Source: Schizochytrium sp. TIO01 (taxonomy: Eukaryota > Protista > Bigyra: Labyrinthulomycetes). Taken from it: 64,000 nucleotides of DNA. Shown here piece by piece: positions 1 through 11,828 of the stretch. The DNA is taken from positions 2,661,648 to 2,725,647 of the forward strand of contig SMSO01000014.1 in the NCBI GenBank assembly GCA_004764695.1, given 5' to 3'. The translations under genes were made by a program, and so were the position numbers. Below the pieces are notes generated by a model. The model worked only from the letters and a program-made list of their open reading frames with translations, made no database searches and had not been told where the DNA came from. Positions within the stretch are counted from its first letter, which is position 1, and every line of letters begins with the position of its first letter.

Positions 1-169
1 GTGTTTTTGTTTTTTTCGATTCTTTATATTCGAAAAACAAAAACAAAAAACCTTCAAGGTCGCAGATCTTTGTGACTAAGAAGAGCTCAAGGACCTGAGT
101 CGTACGCGCTAGAGCTCTTACATTTTGTTGAGGCTAGTTTAAAAACTGTGACTTGGAGAACGCCTGTGG

Positions 170-3100
170 ATGAGCGGCGGCACACAAATGTCCCAAGACA
201 GTACTATCCCAGAAGACGCTCCCGCGCCGATTCCAGAAGAGACAAACTCTGCAGCTAATACTACACAAACAAATATGGACGCACCAAGAAGACCGTTGGA
301 CAGCCGGCTTGTGTCATTTCATGATGCCGCACCAGAGGGGCTCACTGGCCCCGATGGAAACCCGCCTACACTTGCAGCTCTTGCAGTGGCAGAGACCGCT
401 GTGAAGGTGGCCTCCACCAACCACTTCACTACAACGGCAAACTCATTTGAGAATCATAGCGCGAGCAACCTTGGTGCTGCCAACGCAAGTGACGCAACCA
501 CTGCAAACTCAACAGCGTACTCTGGAGCTCCTGACTCCGCAAAAGCGTCTGAGCGCGCAAGAAAGCCGCCAGACAACGAAGGGCTCGGGGGACCTGACGA
601 TGACGATGATAACGAAAATGAAACTATCAATAACAAACGCAAAAATAAGATTGTGGACAAGTCACCCACAGGGCGCTATGTTCGATTCAACGACCTTTTG
701 GGCGAGGGCGCCTTCAAGAAGGTTTATCGAGCATACGATACTACGCAGGGTGTTGAAGTCGCGTGGAACCAAGTCAAGGTCAGTCGAATGTCTCCAGCTG
801 CAAGGCAGCGTGTGGTACAAGAGATGAAAATTCTTCAAGAGCTTGACCACCCCAGCATCATTCACTTCTTCAGCTCCTTTCTTAATAAGGATGCAGAAGC
901 TGTTGTCTTCATCACGGAGATGATGGCTTCAGGTACTTTGAAAGAGTTTATACAGAACCGCCCTGTGCTTTTGCGCATTGTCAAGCGCTGGTGTAGGCAT
1001 ATCTTGCACGCTTTAATCTATCTGCATGACCACGACCCGCCCATCATCCACCGTGATCTCAAATGTGACAATATTTTCATCAATGGATCCACAGGTGATA
1101 TTCGTATTGGCGATCTCGGACTGGCATCGTGGCAGCGCCAAGGTGCTGCTAGAACTGTCCTTGGAACCCCAGAGTATATGGCTCCGGAAATGTTCGAGGA
1201 ACTATATGATGAGCAGGTTGATATCTACGCTTTTGGTATGTGCGTGCTGGAAATGATCACCAAGGAAACACCTTTTATGGAGTGTCAAAGCGCCCCGCAA
1301 ATTTATAAAAAGGTGATTGCAGGAATCACACCGGCATGTTTTGATCGTGTTATTGAAGGACCTGCAAAAGACTTCATCTTTCAGTGCATCAAGATGCGGC
1401 CCGCGGGTGAGAGGAGACCGAGCGCCCAGGAGCTTCGCAAGGACCCATTCCTGCAAAAACGAGATGATCCTGCTGATGATATCGATTGCCAAGAGCTTCT
1501 AAAGTCTGACGTTGCACCTACGGATAAGCGCTCTGACTCTCTCGGATCACTGCCACGGGGAACTGCTGAGCTACCCATGCCTCCCACACAGGAGTATTCC
1601 AGGTCTCGCTCTCGCCGCGACTCCAGCCCTGTGCACCCACGCAATACTGAAGAGCCTCCATCGTCTGCTGGTTACGGTGAGGAACCACGATCCACCAAGT
1701 CGATGATGTCTGCAAAATCTACCGGATCTCCAACAGAAACTGAAGAGGATCGCAGCGAGACGAGCGGCATGAAGCTCTCGTCGGTGCGCGAATCTTCAAA
1801 CACTCATCAAAAGGCACCCTTGTCACCAAAGAGTGACACGGAAGTTCACGAATTTCCAATGACAGCTTCACCAAATCTAGGGCCAAGCGCTGTCTTTGAT
1901 GACAATGCATCGGTTGGGGCTGTTTCTCTCCCCCCACCCTCTACATCGCCAGTTCCTAATGGATCATCTTCAGTCCACAGCACAGACACTGCTCCTCCCT
2001 CCAGTACTGTCATTCCACCCAACATGATGCAGGATCGTACGCAAGGTGCTTCGATGCCCCCTCCTGCTGCGCCTGGAACCGCCAAGAAGACTCGCGTGAT
2101 GATTGGCAGGGGCATATCAGTCGAAGCCCGCTTCAATGGCGAGGGTGAGTGGTACCCTGGAAAGATCCAAGATCTCAACAACGATAGCACTATTGCAATC
2201 AAGTATAACGACCAGCGTTTTGAACCCCGCGTAAGTGCTGATCTCATTCGGGTGCGTGCGGATGATGGGCGTACTTTCATTCTCGCAGATGTTTTGAAAC
2301 AACCACGAAAGACCCTTGATAATGGGGACATTCAACCAGCGGAAAACACTGTACAAGCCCTGGATGGCTCACATCGTAAGGTGATGGTGGTTCCAGTATC
2401 GCCCATTTCTCCAGGTGAGGTGATGTCTCCTAGAACAGCGGATCAAGGCCATCAGTCTCTGGGCATTGGGTCTCGATCTACGTCAACTGGAACTGGTTTC
2501 GCTGGAGCACCAGAAACAACTGGCAATGTGGTAAAGAATGCACCTCAACAGCAGCAAATGGCACCTCCACAGCAAATCCAGCCGCCGCCGCCGCAGCAGC
2601 AGCAGCAACAACAACAACAACAGGCTCCCATGCTGGCGCCAGGTCGTCGTACAACACCTGTTCCGCCCTCCAGTCAAGCTCAAGGGAGCCGCCCGGCTAC
2701 TGCGCAGAGTGCCAAGATGCAACAACCTCATAGCCAGCAAGCACCCCCCGGAAGTGCTGATGTGCCACAGCAAAATAATGACCCTAGGTCAACACTGAAA
2801 CGACAAGTGTCAACAACTTCTTTGACATCTCAGGCATCGTCAGCTTATGCACTTGGTACTTATTGGCGCATCATCTGCACTGGGCCCATGGAAAACCAAA
2901 GCCCTGATCAGCTTAACATTCGCTTCACTCTCCGGGATACAGTTACAAAAACGAAACAAACCGCTCAATTCTGCTATGATCTCAATAGCGATGAACCTGG
3001 TGCGTTAGCAACAGAATTAATCGATGAGATGAGGATCGCTGCAACAGAGCATGATACTATTGCTCAAAAGTTTGCTTCGTTTGTTCAGGAGTATCGTCGT

Positions 3101-4507
3101 TATCGTGAGACTCCGCCATCACAGCCAGGCAGCCCAAAAGAGCCTTTTCGCCTTGCTGCGGAGCAGAAGTCACTTCCTGCTGCCCTGGCTGGCATGTCTG
3201 CTGGTGTATCTGGTGTATCTGGGATTGTGAATAATCCTGCCACCCTTTCTCCAAGCATGGGACCCGGAACTTCACAAACGCCTCCTCTCGCTCAATTTCA
3301 GCACCCGCAGCAGCGTCAACCCACAATTCCCGGGCAGCCACAACAACAGCAACAACAGTATCAGCAACAACAAACCCCTATGGCTCAGCAAGCTCCTCAG
3401 CAAGCTCAACAACAGTATCAACAGCAGCTTCCTAAGGCTCAGCAGCAGCAGCAGCTACCTAGACCACCTATGCCCTCGGGAGAATTTGAGGGCACAGATA
3501 TCTTCCTAGGTATGCCACCTGCAGTATTTGGAGAGAGCCAACAAGATTTGGCTGCCTTTGATCGGTTACTTGATGAGGAAAAAGTCCGCTACGAGGAATT
3601 CCACGCGGAGTACAAACGAAAGATAGATGAAATCAACAAGCTTCGAGAGATGGCACAACGGCAGACGCAAACTGTCCAGTCTGGTCAGGCGAATGGTGTA
3701 AACGGAGGAGGGGGCTACGTTTCTAATACACCCGAAGGAAACTTGCCTCATGTTGAAAACTCAGATAATATGGCCGAGCCTGAAGCAGCATCGGTGGGCG
3801 TGATGCCTCCTCCTCCAACAAGACAAATTCTTTTTCATCCCAACGAGCTAGCTCTTGTTTCTGCAGATACTGATTTGATAGATCCTGATCCAGATGATCA
3901 ATCTGAAGAAGCGAGGCAATGGCGACGACTTCTTGCTGAGCATCGCCAGCGTCAAAAGAAAGAGATGATTAAACTGCAAAAGGCTCGGGAGGCAGCCGCA
4001 GCTGAGAAAAAACTGTTTGATGTCGATAACTTGTCCTTATCAGAGGATGGCAACAAATCTAAAACAAACACGTCTCTGAAGGAGCAGATGCGCCAGCGCA
4101 GTCTTGCGGGTTATCCGCGACTCTCTTCAGAAGGAAGCAACAGCAGTTTTACTCTGAATGCTGCTGGGCCTGGCGCCGCAGTTCCGCCAACTGCAGCTGC
4201 TATCAATCATGGATCGACCAGCGGAATGGTAATTGCTGGTATGCTTGGGCAAAGCGTAACTTCGCAGCAGCAGCCGCCGCTTATGGTAAGTGCAACAACA
4301 ACAACCCAACCGTATTTTCTCGGGGATTCGTCTGCAGTTCAGGGCTTCGTGCAGACCTCTTCGCAGCCTTTTCAAGAACCACTCACAGCAAGTCACATGC
4401 CGGCATTGCATAATCAAATACAGGGCCAGCCGCAGCTGTCGCAGCCGCCGCAACAACAATCTCTTAACCAGGTGCCGCAAGCTGCTCCAGCTGCACCGCA
4501 ACAACCT

Positions 4508-4543
<36 letters not shown>

Positions 4544-4711
4544 CCTCAGCAGCAGCAACAACAACAACCTCAGCAGCCAACAGCAACAGCAACAGCAGCA
4601 GCAACCTCAGCAGCCCCAACCAACTCAACCGCAACACGCTCAGCAGCCACAAGGGCAACTGGGACAACCTCAAATTGTCCCTCCATCCCAAGTGGCCTCT
4701 GTACACCCTAG
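170..4711 (+). CDS. WNK: WNK (with-no-lysine) Ser/Thr kinase with Tudor-like and CCT/PF2-like domains and a Gln/Pro-rich tail
   Basis: GRYVRFNDLLGEGAFKKVY places the catalytic Lys in subdomain I; EVAWNQV lacks Lys in subdomain II; PPIIHRDLKCDNIFING, IGDLGLA and GTPEYMAPE are present. CCT-like segment LNIRFTL...QFCYDLNSDEPGALATELI at ~2910-3090. The true stop may be at 4736 (see frameshift finding). Confidence 0.95.
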
Positions 4712-5751
4712 TACGGTTCCTGCCTCCCAGCAGTAACCGTGTCATTTCTTTTCATTCTGTGTCATCGTTTTTGACTTGAGAAACGAGCCTGTAGGTAGTC
4801 ACCACTCTAATAATACTATAATGACCACAAATTGAGGTCACTTGCTGCGAATTTCAATGCTCGTGATTCTCGAGATTATATAACTTTTTTGCCTGACATG
4901 TCCATATGCCTTATTTATCTGTGTTATCCCACTTCAACATAGCGAGTGTGTACTTAAGCACCTCTGCATTAATATGATAGCACATTGTTATCATGCTGGC
5001 CAGATTGCTGGTTGGCTTTTCACTTATGCATTTAGGTCTGAACGATCTCAGAAAACCCTTGCCGTATGATATTAACCTGCAGATTCAGTAATTACACCGT
5101 GGCAACTGTTGTGCATGTCAAAGTACGTCTTTAGTTTTGAACGTTCTATAAAGCTGCATCCATGTCACAGATCCAAATCTTTAGTCTCTTTATCTGTAGA
5201 AAAAAGAAAAAAAGAAACAAAGAAAAAGCTATTGATGCAAAACGCAGATACCGTGCCATGACCTCGGTTTTGTTTTGCTTGACTGAAGGACTAAAAAATA
5301 AAGCATAGCTGATGAAGAATGGTTTGTCAAGGTAATGTTCCCTTCTTGTTTACCATAGCACTCACTAGTCTGCTAGTCATCATGATAGTGTTGTGTTAGT
5401 TATTCTTTTAGCTTGCCATTAATTCCAAATTTCCCGAGAAACGATCTTAATTCTGCCATAGCAAGCTCATCTTCAAGATTCCGTTCATCATAACCTACCA
5501 AAAAAGAAAGGAATAAAGATTTTCTTCAATTAAAGAAGGTCTCTTTCCTTCTTTTTGTAGGCTAGTATTTGTTCAATCAAGAATTCAATCAAGGTTTTGG
5601 TTGATCAGCTGGCCCGCCAGCACAGCCTGCAAAAGCCTGATACCGCGACTTCTGGTGTCTGCGGGCGCAGAATCACTGCCTCAATAAAAGTGTTAGCTAC
5701 TATCGACACTCGCACAAGAAAAGTTGTTGAGAAGCTAACGGCGAGGTTAGA

Positions 5752-6241
5752 ATGGATGGGACTGAAAAGCTGGAAAGCAACCTCAATGCGCAAGATGAGT
5801 CACTCAAACACGTAAAGGAGACCTCTGCGGCAGCAAAGAATCCTCTAAATAAGAATCGGACGTCCATTGTAAGTTAACGGCGGAGGAACCACCTAAAATC
5901 AAATGCCCATGCAATGAGTTTTTGTGAAGCTGAAGGGAAGAACTGCTGACTGCTTGAGAACATCATTTTTAATATCGGATCTCCACACACAGGAACTTCT
6001 TGATACAGAGACGTCTCGCATTCAACGAGAGCTGGAACGTGAACGAGCTCAGTTGAAAATTCAAGAGCAACATCTTGCAGAGGAGCTTTCTCGCCTGAAA
6101 CAGAAGTCAGAGCAAGCATCTTCGAAAGAAATTGTGTCGGAGAGAACTGTTCGAGCTGGAAAACGCATACTTATTTTCATGATTATTGTTCGTTTATTTA
6201 TCAGGATATGGCGGCGCTTTATTCTTAAGGGTAAGACCTAG
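5752..6241 (+). CDS. Small two-exon tail-anchored coiled-coil protein (~121 aa)
   Basis: Exon 1 5752-5868 (MDGTEKLES...RTSI); intron 5869-5992 (GTAAGT...CACAG, phase 0); exon 2 5993-6241 is in frame with the ORF-track frame. Coiled coil ELLDTETSRIQRELERE..., hydrophobic ILIFMIIVRLFI and basic tail RIWRRFILKGKT. Confidence 0.7.
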
Positions 6242-6453
6242 AAGATTTAATATGGACTTCGACCCTGGCCCGGGATGGCTGACTACTGCCTTGTGAAAAC
6301 CCACTCTCCATGCTCAACCCAAATGACATCTTTGAAGTGTTGTTTTCTTGCCCGAAGGAAGTATGAAGCAGCTTTTATGCCCATAAGTTTTGTCGATCTA
6401 GATGGTGAAATATTATGTTTTATATGATTCTAGCTTGTTTTTTCATTCTCTAC

Positions 6454-9400
6454 CTAATTGTCGTCATCGGAATCGCTGTCAGCCAAGTCGTCCCACAAAG
6501 TATTCTGAGATTGACCAACAGCTCCGTTTGCGTTCTTTTGTCTTCCTTGCTGCGGCCTTCTTCCCCGAGAAGAAGAGCCACCACCGGCAGCTTCTTCATC
6601 TGAATCCCACCCAGTATTTGTGGCAGTGCGGGCCTGCTCTTGGAAACGAGCAGCACGAGACTGGAGACGCCGCTCCTCACGTTTGCGTCGATTTTCAGCC
6701 AGGTCTGTGGCAGACTGCATACGCAGTTGGTGCAATGCCCAATCATCTCGAACCGGCCACCATTGGACTTGCTGCCAGGCAATTGGCCCAAGCTTGTTTT
6801 CGCGCTGGGCCTTGAGGTAGCACAATGTCTTGCGTGCAATGGTTTTATCCGAGAACTCAAGAAGTACATTTTCACCGTCTAATGTTCGGACATGGAAAGT
6901 GCTGCGGCGAGCCACATTCTCGAGAGCGCTGGTGACAGAATTTGAAGAGATGCGGCCACCACCAGAAATCTCAGTAACACCCCAAATTGCAATAGAGTTT
7001 TCGCCTAGCGCCTCGTGACTTCGTTGGCGCACAAGTGTCGGAGCACTGTTTGAATAATCCCCCTCCTCCGCTGCGAGCAGGTTGCCAAATTTCAGAATAG
7101 CTTGAATAACGGTCATCTCTGGTTCCAATGCATTAGGCGTCTTTTGCAGAACAATATGTCGGTTCGGCTCCGGGTCGATTGATGAGGTATGCAAACCGTA
7201 ATAGTCCTGCGCGAGTTTGTGGAAAAATCGACGTGTTTCAGTGCGCATCACTGGCAACGATTTCGTGCGAACGGTTGCTGGTCCACGCAGAAAGCTCACA
7301 AGCTCCCCTTCAATCCGACCTACCAAATCCATACCGATACGACGAGCTTCAGCAACAAAACTTGGCATGTAAGGGCACAAGTATCCATCTAGACTTGCAG
7401 AGAGCATAGATGAGCCTGAAGCTTCCACTTCACGAGATCGTGGATCAATGCCTTGACTTGAAAGAACTTGTTCGCGAGGCATTGCGTTCCCAAAGATTGA
7501 CTGGTTCGAGCTTGGGCGAAGCGATTGCATTTGCGAATTAGATGGTGCAGTACGCGATTGTAGTGATAAGCGAGGTCGACTTTCGTCTGTCTGCGACTGA
7601 CCAAAGGCACGGGTTCCGGAGGACAATGATTCAAAGCGAGATGATGGTCTTGACAGCGCAGCAGGTGCAGCAGGTGCAGCAGGTGCCGATGAACCAACAA
7701 TAGAAGCCATAGATGGCCCAGCACTTGCGCTTGAAGCACCCCATGCGCCAGGCACTGTAACTGGTCGAGGGCCAGCACCAGCCTGTTGAGCTGGGAAGCT
7801 ATCCATAGAGGGTACTGATTGGCTAGCCCCGCCGGGGCCACGCCCAGGCCACGAGGGCGCACGGGGCTCCATCACACGAGGCACACCTTCGGGTGCAAGA
7901 GCCGGGGCCTGGGGGCGCTGGTACATTGTGACAGCATTTGCATCTCCAGCAGATCCAGAGGGAAGTTCGGGGAATTCGTTGACATCTTCAATACCTGATG
8001 TTTCCGTCACATTCCATTCGTTGTCATCAATAACGTGTAAGTTACCTTCCCGGTGAACCGATGCGTCTGTGCGACGTTGCCCATGAAATCCAGGGTTTGC
8101 TTCTCGCCGCGACTGTGCGATATGCGCTTGCAAGTCTTCTTGATAAGTGTCTTGGTCGCGAGACGAAAAATTGAACATCGAGCTCATCAGAACAGTGGCC
8201 TCCCGGCGCAACGCAGTAGCTCGTCGTTCCATATTTTCATCCTGATTTGCGCCACGACTACTTTGAGCAGATCGAATCATCAGCGCTTTACTCAGATCAA
8301 ATGCATCAGTCACTCGAGCGGCTGGAAGACGATTTTCCATCAAATATTGATCGAGGCGTATGCAAGTTTGACGTGTGAGCGGCTGACGATTGTTCGGGTT
8401 GCTAAAGTTTCCTGTTGAAACAATATAGTGTGCAAGCATTTTTCCATCGAAGTGCTGCTTAACCTCGGTTGTGCCTTCACCAGACGAGTTGTTTACTTTA
8501 ACAATAATAGTAAAAGGAGGATAGGGAAGATCTGATAGAGAGTCCATGGAGATTGGATCAATATCAGTAAGACTTCTCCACCACTTGTCTTCTTTAGCCT
8601 TCTTTTTATTCTTTCTGTTGTTATTGTTGCTCTTCTCATTCCGAGAACTATTATCTTGCTTTTTCCCCTGGTTAGGCCGGGTGGCATCTCCTCCGTTGCG
8701 TCGACCATTGCTCTTGCTGTTCTCGTTTTTCGCTGCGCCAGCACCCTTGGCAGATGCTCCCGTAGCACCTGCAGAGACTACAACCGCAGCTTTCTCCTGC
8801 TCCTGCTCGTCATCTGTGAAATCTTCCAAATCGGCTTCAGTAGATGAAAGACTGCCCACAGAGGTGTTGTCGTACAAGAAGAGCTTTTCAGCCTGCCTGT
8901 TAGAAGCGCTAATGCAGAATTCCTCCATGGGATTCCGCTTGTCACTTTCCTCCAGTTTGGCCACCACGCTCCGCAGTTGAGGCAAGATTTTTTGGTGCAA
9001 AAGTTCACTTGCTTCTTCGCGTTTATCATTACCTTTGGCCAAATAGAATGATTTCCGAAGGTCCAGCAAGCTTTGTTGTTCAGTGAGGAGCTCTTCACGT
9101 AGCTCCGCATTTGAAACGAGCTCAATCTGGTCCTGCAGAGTCTGCAGATGTCCGTTCATTTCACCTTCAGGGCTTCGGTAAGCAGTAGGACCACGGCTTC
9201 GAGCCGGTCGACCTCCCCGTCGACTTTGGCGCTGCTGACCTCGCTGCTGATTTCCGGGCTGTTTTCCAACCCCAGAGTTGTTCTGCTGAGCATTGTTGCT
9301 ATTGTTGTTGCTGCTGCCGTTGTTATCATTGTTGTTACCGCGCCGACGGCTGCCACGTCCTCCGCTACGACCGCGACCTCGACCCCCTTGTCCACGATTT

Positions 9401-9456
9401 TGCCCAGACTTTGAGGCACTTTGTGCTCCAGAAGCCGCTGAGGCGCTTTCGACCAT
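6454..9456 (-). CDS. RNA-binding protein: RGG/Asn-rich N-terminus, U-box-like domain, R3H domain and RRM-like C-terminal region (NF-X1/R3HCC1-like C-terminus)
   Basis: First ATG (MVESAS) at 9456. R3H signature LPVMRTETRRFFHKLAQDYYGLHTSSIDPEPNRHIVLQK; U-box-like DPISMDSL...FDGKMLAHYI...NPNNRQPL; RRM-like FHVRTLDGENVLLEFSDKTIARKTL. Confidence 0.8.
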   Translation of the reverse strand: MVESASAASGAQSASKSGQNRGQGGRGRGRSGGRGSRRRGNNNDNNGSSNNNSNNAQQNNSGVGKQPGNQQRGQQRQSRRGGRPARSRGPTAYRSPEGEMNGHLQTLQDQIELVSNAELREELLTEQQSLLDLRKSFYLAKGNDKREEASELLHQKILPQLRSVVAKLEESDKRNPMEEFCISASNRQAEKLFLYDNTSVGSLSSTEADLEDFTDDEQEQEKAAVVVSAGATGASAKGAGAAKNENSKSNGRRNGGDATRPNQGKKQDNSSRNEKSNNNNRKNKKKAKEDKWWRSLTDIDPISMDSLSDLPYPPFTIIVKVNNSSGEGTTEVKQHFDGKMLAHYIVSTGNFSNPNNRQPLTRQTCIRLDQYLMENRLPAARVTDAFDLSKALMIRSAQSSRGANQDENMERRATALRREATVLMSSMFNFSSRDQDTYQEDLQAHIAQSRREANPGFHGQRRTDASVHREGNLHVIDDNEWNVTETSGIEDVNEFPELPSGSAGDANAVTMYQRPQAPALAPEGVPRVMEPRAPSWPGRGPGGASQSVPSMDSFPAQQAGAGPRPVTVPGAWGASSASAGPSMASIVGSSAPAAPAAPAALSRPSSRFESLSSGTRAFGQSQTDESRPRLSLQSRTAPSNSQMQSLRPSSNQSIFGNAMPREQVLSSQGIDPRSREVEASGSSMLSASLDGYLCPYMPSFVAEARRIGMDLVGRIEGELVSFLRGPATVRTKSLPVMRTETRRFFHKLAQDYYGLHTSSIDPEPNRHIVLQKTPNALEPEMTVIQAILKFGNLLAAEEGDYSNSAPTLVRQRSHEALGENSIAIWGVTEISGGGRISSNSVTSALENVARRSTFHVRTLDGENVLLEFSDKTIARKTLCYLKAQRENKLGPIAWQQVQWWPVRDDWALHQLRMQSATDLAENRRKREERRLQSRAARFQEQARTATNTGWDSDEEAAGGGSSSRGRRPQQGRQKNANGAVGQSQNTLWDDLADSDSDDDN

Positions 9457-10085
9457 ATTGCACCCTTGCCCGAAACCAGAGCGGGAGATAGTCACGAAGC
9501 TCAGAAGTTTCAAAGCTTGCAGTAGATTAGACGCAATTGAACTGTCTAGCACTCGCGCAAGGATCAGGCGAGGTCTTAATATTAGCCCGACTTGATCGTG
9601 AGTTTAGTGTTCTGAAGAAGTTCTGACTTGTGTTTGTCTTTAAAAAAGTACGGCGTTCGGAATCAGCCCCCTTCGTCGACTTTACCACTGACTGGGCCTA
9701 GCCAACCAGCCCTCAAACAATCCAAAGGACTCCAGTCCTAACTTGTTTGCCTCAAATGCTCTCCTACGACCTCTCTCCGCGCGACGTTCCGCACGAAGAT
9801 TAAAGCTTTGCAAGCGCTCAAGCGCTCGGCGTCGGGGTTTGGCATCGAAGATCACTCGGCGATGGTTCCCTTCTGGTTCCTTATGGATTCTCTGAACAGT
9901 CTCTGTATGTTCTGCGGTTGTGGTACTAATGAATCTAGAGGAGGGACCAATCGTGGGTCCTATATTCGAGTCTATGTTATGTTGGGCTATAGATTCGCAT
10001 GCGAGATCCACTGATGAAAAGCGCGATCTAAGCTCCAAAGTTGAAATCGTGGGTTATCTGTGCGATTATTTGAGGTGTGGCGACC

Positions 10086-11480
10086 ATGGGGCCCTTGAAG
10101 GTGGTGGTTCTGGTCTTAGCAGCTGCTGCTGCGTGCTTAGGCTCGGAGGGCTCCAGCAGCAGCAGCGAAACCCACCCAGGTTTGGCTGTGGATATCAGTA
10201 ACGATAGCAACGACCGTCGACCCGCGTGCCTGAAAGGAATGGCATGCACGGAGATTGGCGCCAAAGGCGAGGCCGGGAAGGAGATTTTAGTCTTTGGTGG
10301 GGAGTATAATCGCAAGAATGTTCGAAATGAAACTTGGTTGCTGCATTTAGGTCATGTAGGCAAAAACCCAAAGAACCCATGGCATTTGCTCTCCAAACCA
10401 GGCCAGGATGCTCCTAGCCCTCGCTGGAAAGCCTCTTTGACCACGATTCCCCCTGAATCATCTTCATCTCCCTCTCGCATTTTCATGTTTGGAGGATCGT
10501 CCAGCGACGAAGCCCCACGTCGTGGAGCTCCTGCCGGGGTCATGTACGATGACCTTTGGGAATTTGTGCTTGACAAGACCACTGGTCACTGGGTACGCGT
10601 CGGTCCCAAACCTTCAGCTGCAAACAACACCAAGGAATGGCCAGTTGCTCGCAGAGCTCACACCGCAGTGGCCTTTGTAACAAAGATGTTGGTGTTCGCT
10701 GGCCGTGGGCCGCAGGGCGTTTTGAGCGATTTTTGGGCCTATGACACAAAGAACAACGCTTGGGTCTCCCTACCTGAGTTTCCCGGCATGCCACGTAAGG
10801 GGCACTCCGCGTGCATGTACTTGGGTACATTTGCACCGGCTGGTGCGACATGGGCTGATGTGTGGGGTGAGCACAAGTCCAGCCCTAGTATGATAGTTTT
10901 TGGCGGCAGACACAACGATATCAAGTATACAAATGACGTGTGGGCCTTCACCTGGGATAACAACAAGAATGAGCGTGGATGGGTCCAGCTTGATGAGGGT
11001 GGGCCTTCGCGGGATTCATCTGGAGCTCGCGTGCGACCTGCTAAGCGAAACCACCACTCAGCTATTATGCGGGAAAATATCATGCTTGTGTTCGGCGGCA
11101 GGTCGTCCCATGCATCATATGCAGTTCATGATGATCTGTGGGCGTACGACGTTGTACGTTCCCAGTGGACTCAGGTAGATACCATTAACCCTGGCCAGGG
11201 TAGCCCAGGGCGTATGGAACACTGTGCAGTTCTCATGAACAACAATAAGCTTATGGCGATCGTGTCTGGCCAAGATGGGTCTTCAAATCGGCGTAATGAT
11301 GCTTGGACATTCAACCTTGAGACCGGAGTCTGGAATGAAATTGTCCCGTCTCAATGTACAGTACCCGCTTCCCGTGGTGCGATTGTTGCCTCGGTCATCA
11401 TTCTTGTCTTGGGTGCGCTTCTAATTACCTATCGGTTCTATCAATCAAGCCCGTCCCGCGGATACCAAATGATTCGTTAA
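10086..11480 (+). CDS. Type I membrane Kelch-repeat (beta-propeller) protein
   Basis: Signal peptide MGPLKVVVLVLAAAAACLG; repeated Kelch motifs (VFGG...NETW, MFGG...DDLW, VFAG...SDFW, VFGG...NDVW, VFGG...DDLW, VSGQ...NDAW); C-terminal TM helix IVASVIILVLGALLI; cytoplasmic YQMI sorting-like motif. Confidence 0.88.
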   Translation: MGPLKVVVLVLAAAAACLGSEGSSSSSETHPGLAVDISNDSNDRRPACLKGMACTEIGAKGEAGKEILVFGGEYNRKNVRNETWLLHLGHVGKNPKNPWHLLSKPGQDAPSPRWKASLTTIPPESSSSPSRIFMFGGSSSDEAPRRGAPAGVMYDDLWEFVLDKTTGHWVRVGPKPSAANNTKEWPVARRAHTAVAFVTKMLVFAGRGPQGVLSDFWAYDTKNNAWVSLPEFPGMPRKGHSACMYLGTFAPAGATWADVWGEHKSSPSMIVFGGRHNDIKYTNDVWAFTWDNNKNERGWVQLDEGGPSRDSSGARVRPAKRNHHSAIMRENIMLVFGGRSSHASYAVHDDLWAYDVVRSQWTQVDTINPGQGSPGRMEHCAVLMNNNKLMAIVSGQDGSSNRRNDAWTFNLETGVWNEIVPSQCTVPASRGAIVASVIILVLGALLITYRFYQSSPSRGYQMIR

Positions 11481-11828
11481 TCATGGTACTACTACTACCC
11501 CGCATCATGCAATGGCCACTAGTACGCGAACCGTTGCATAAATAATCTCGACCCTCAAATTTTAGACAACTCTTTTTTTCGTTCGTGAAGAGCAGCAACT
11601 CTCGGTATCAATTCACCTCATAGTCAACAAAAGTCAAACAACCATCCAAGTGCTTTTCACTGGATAAGTGAGCTAGACTGCTGAACTGGATGTTGATGGA
11701 TTCTCGCTAGATCTTAATACTCGCGATCAGCTTAAGGCTGCGACCATGACGAAAACAATACCTAATTTTTTCCTCTAAATTTCTTTATATACTTTTTTTA
11801 ATATAATAGTTTCTTTTGTGTTGTTTAT

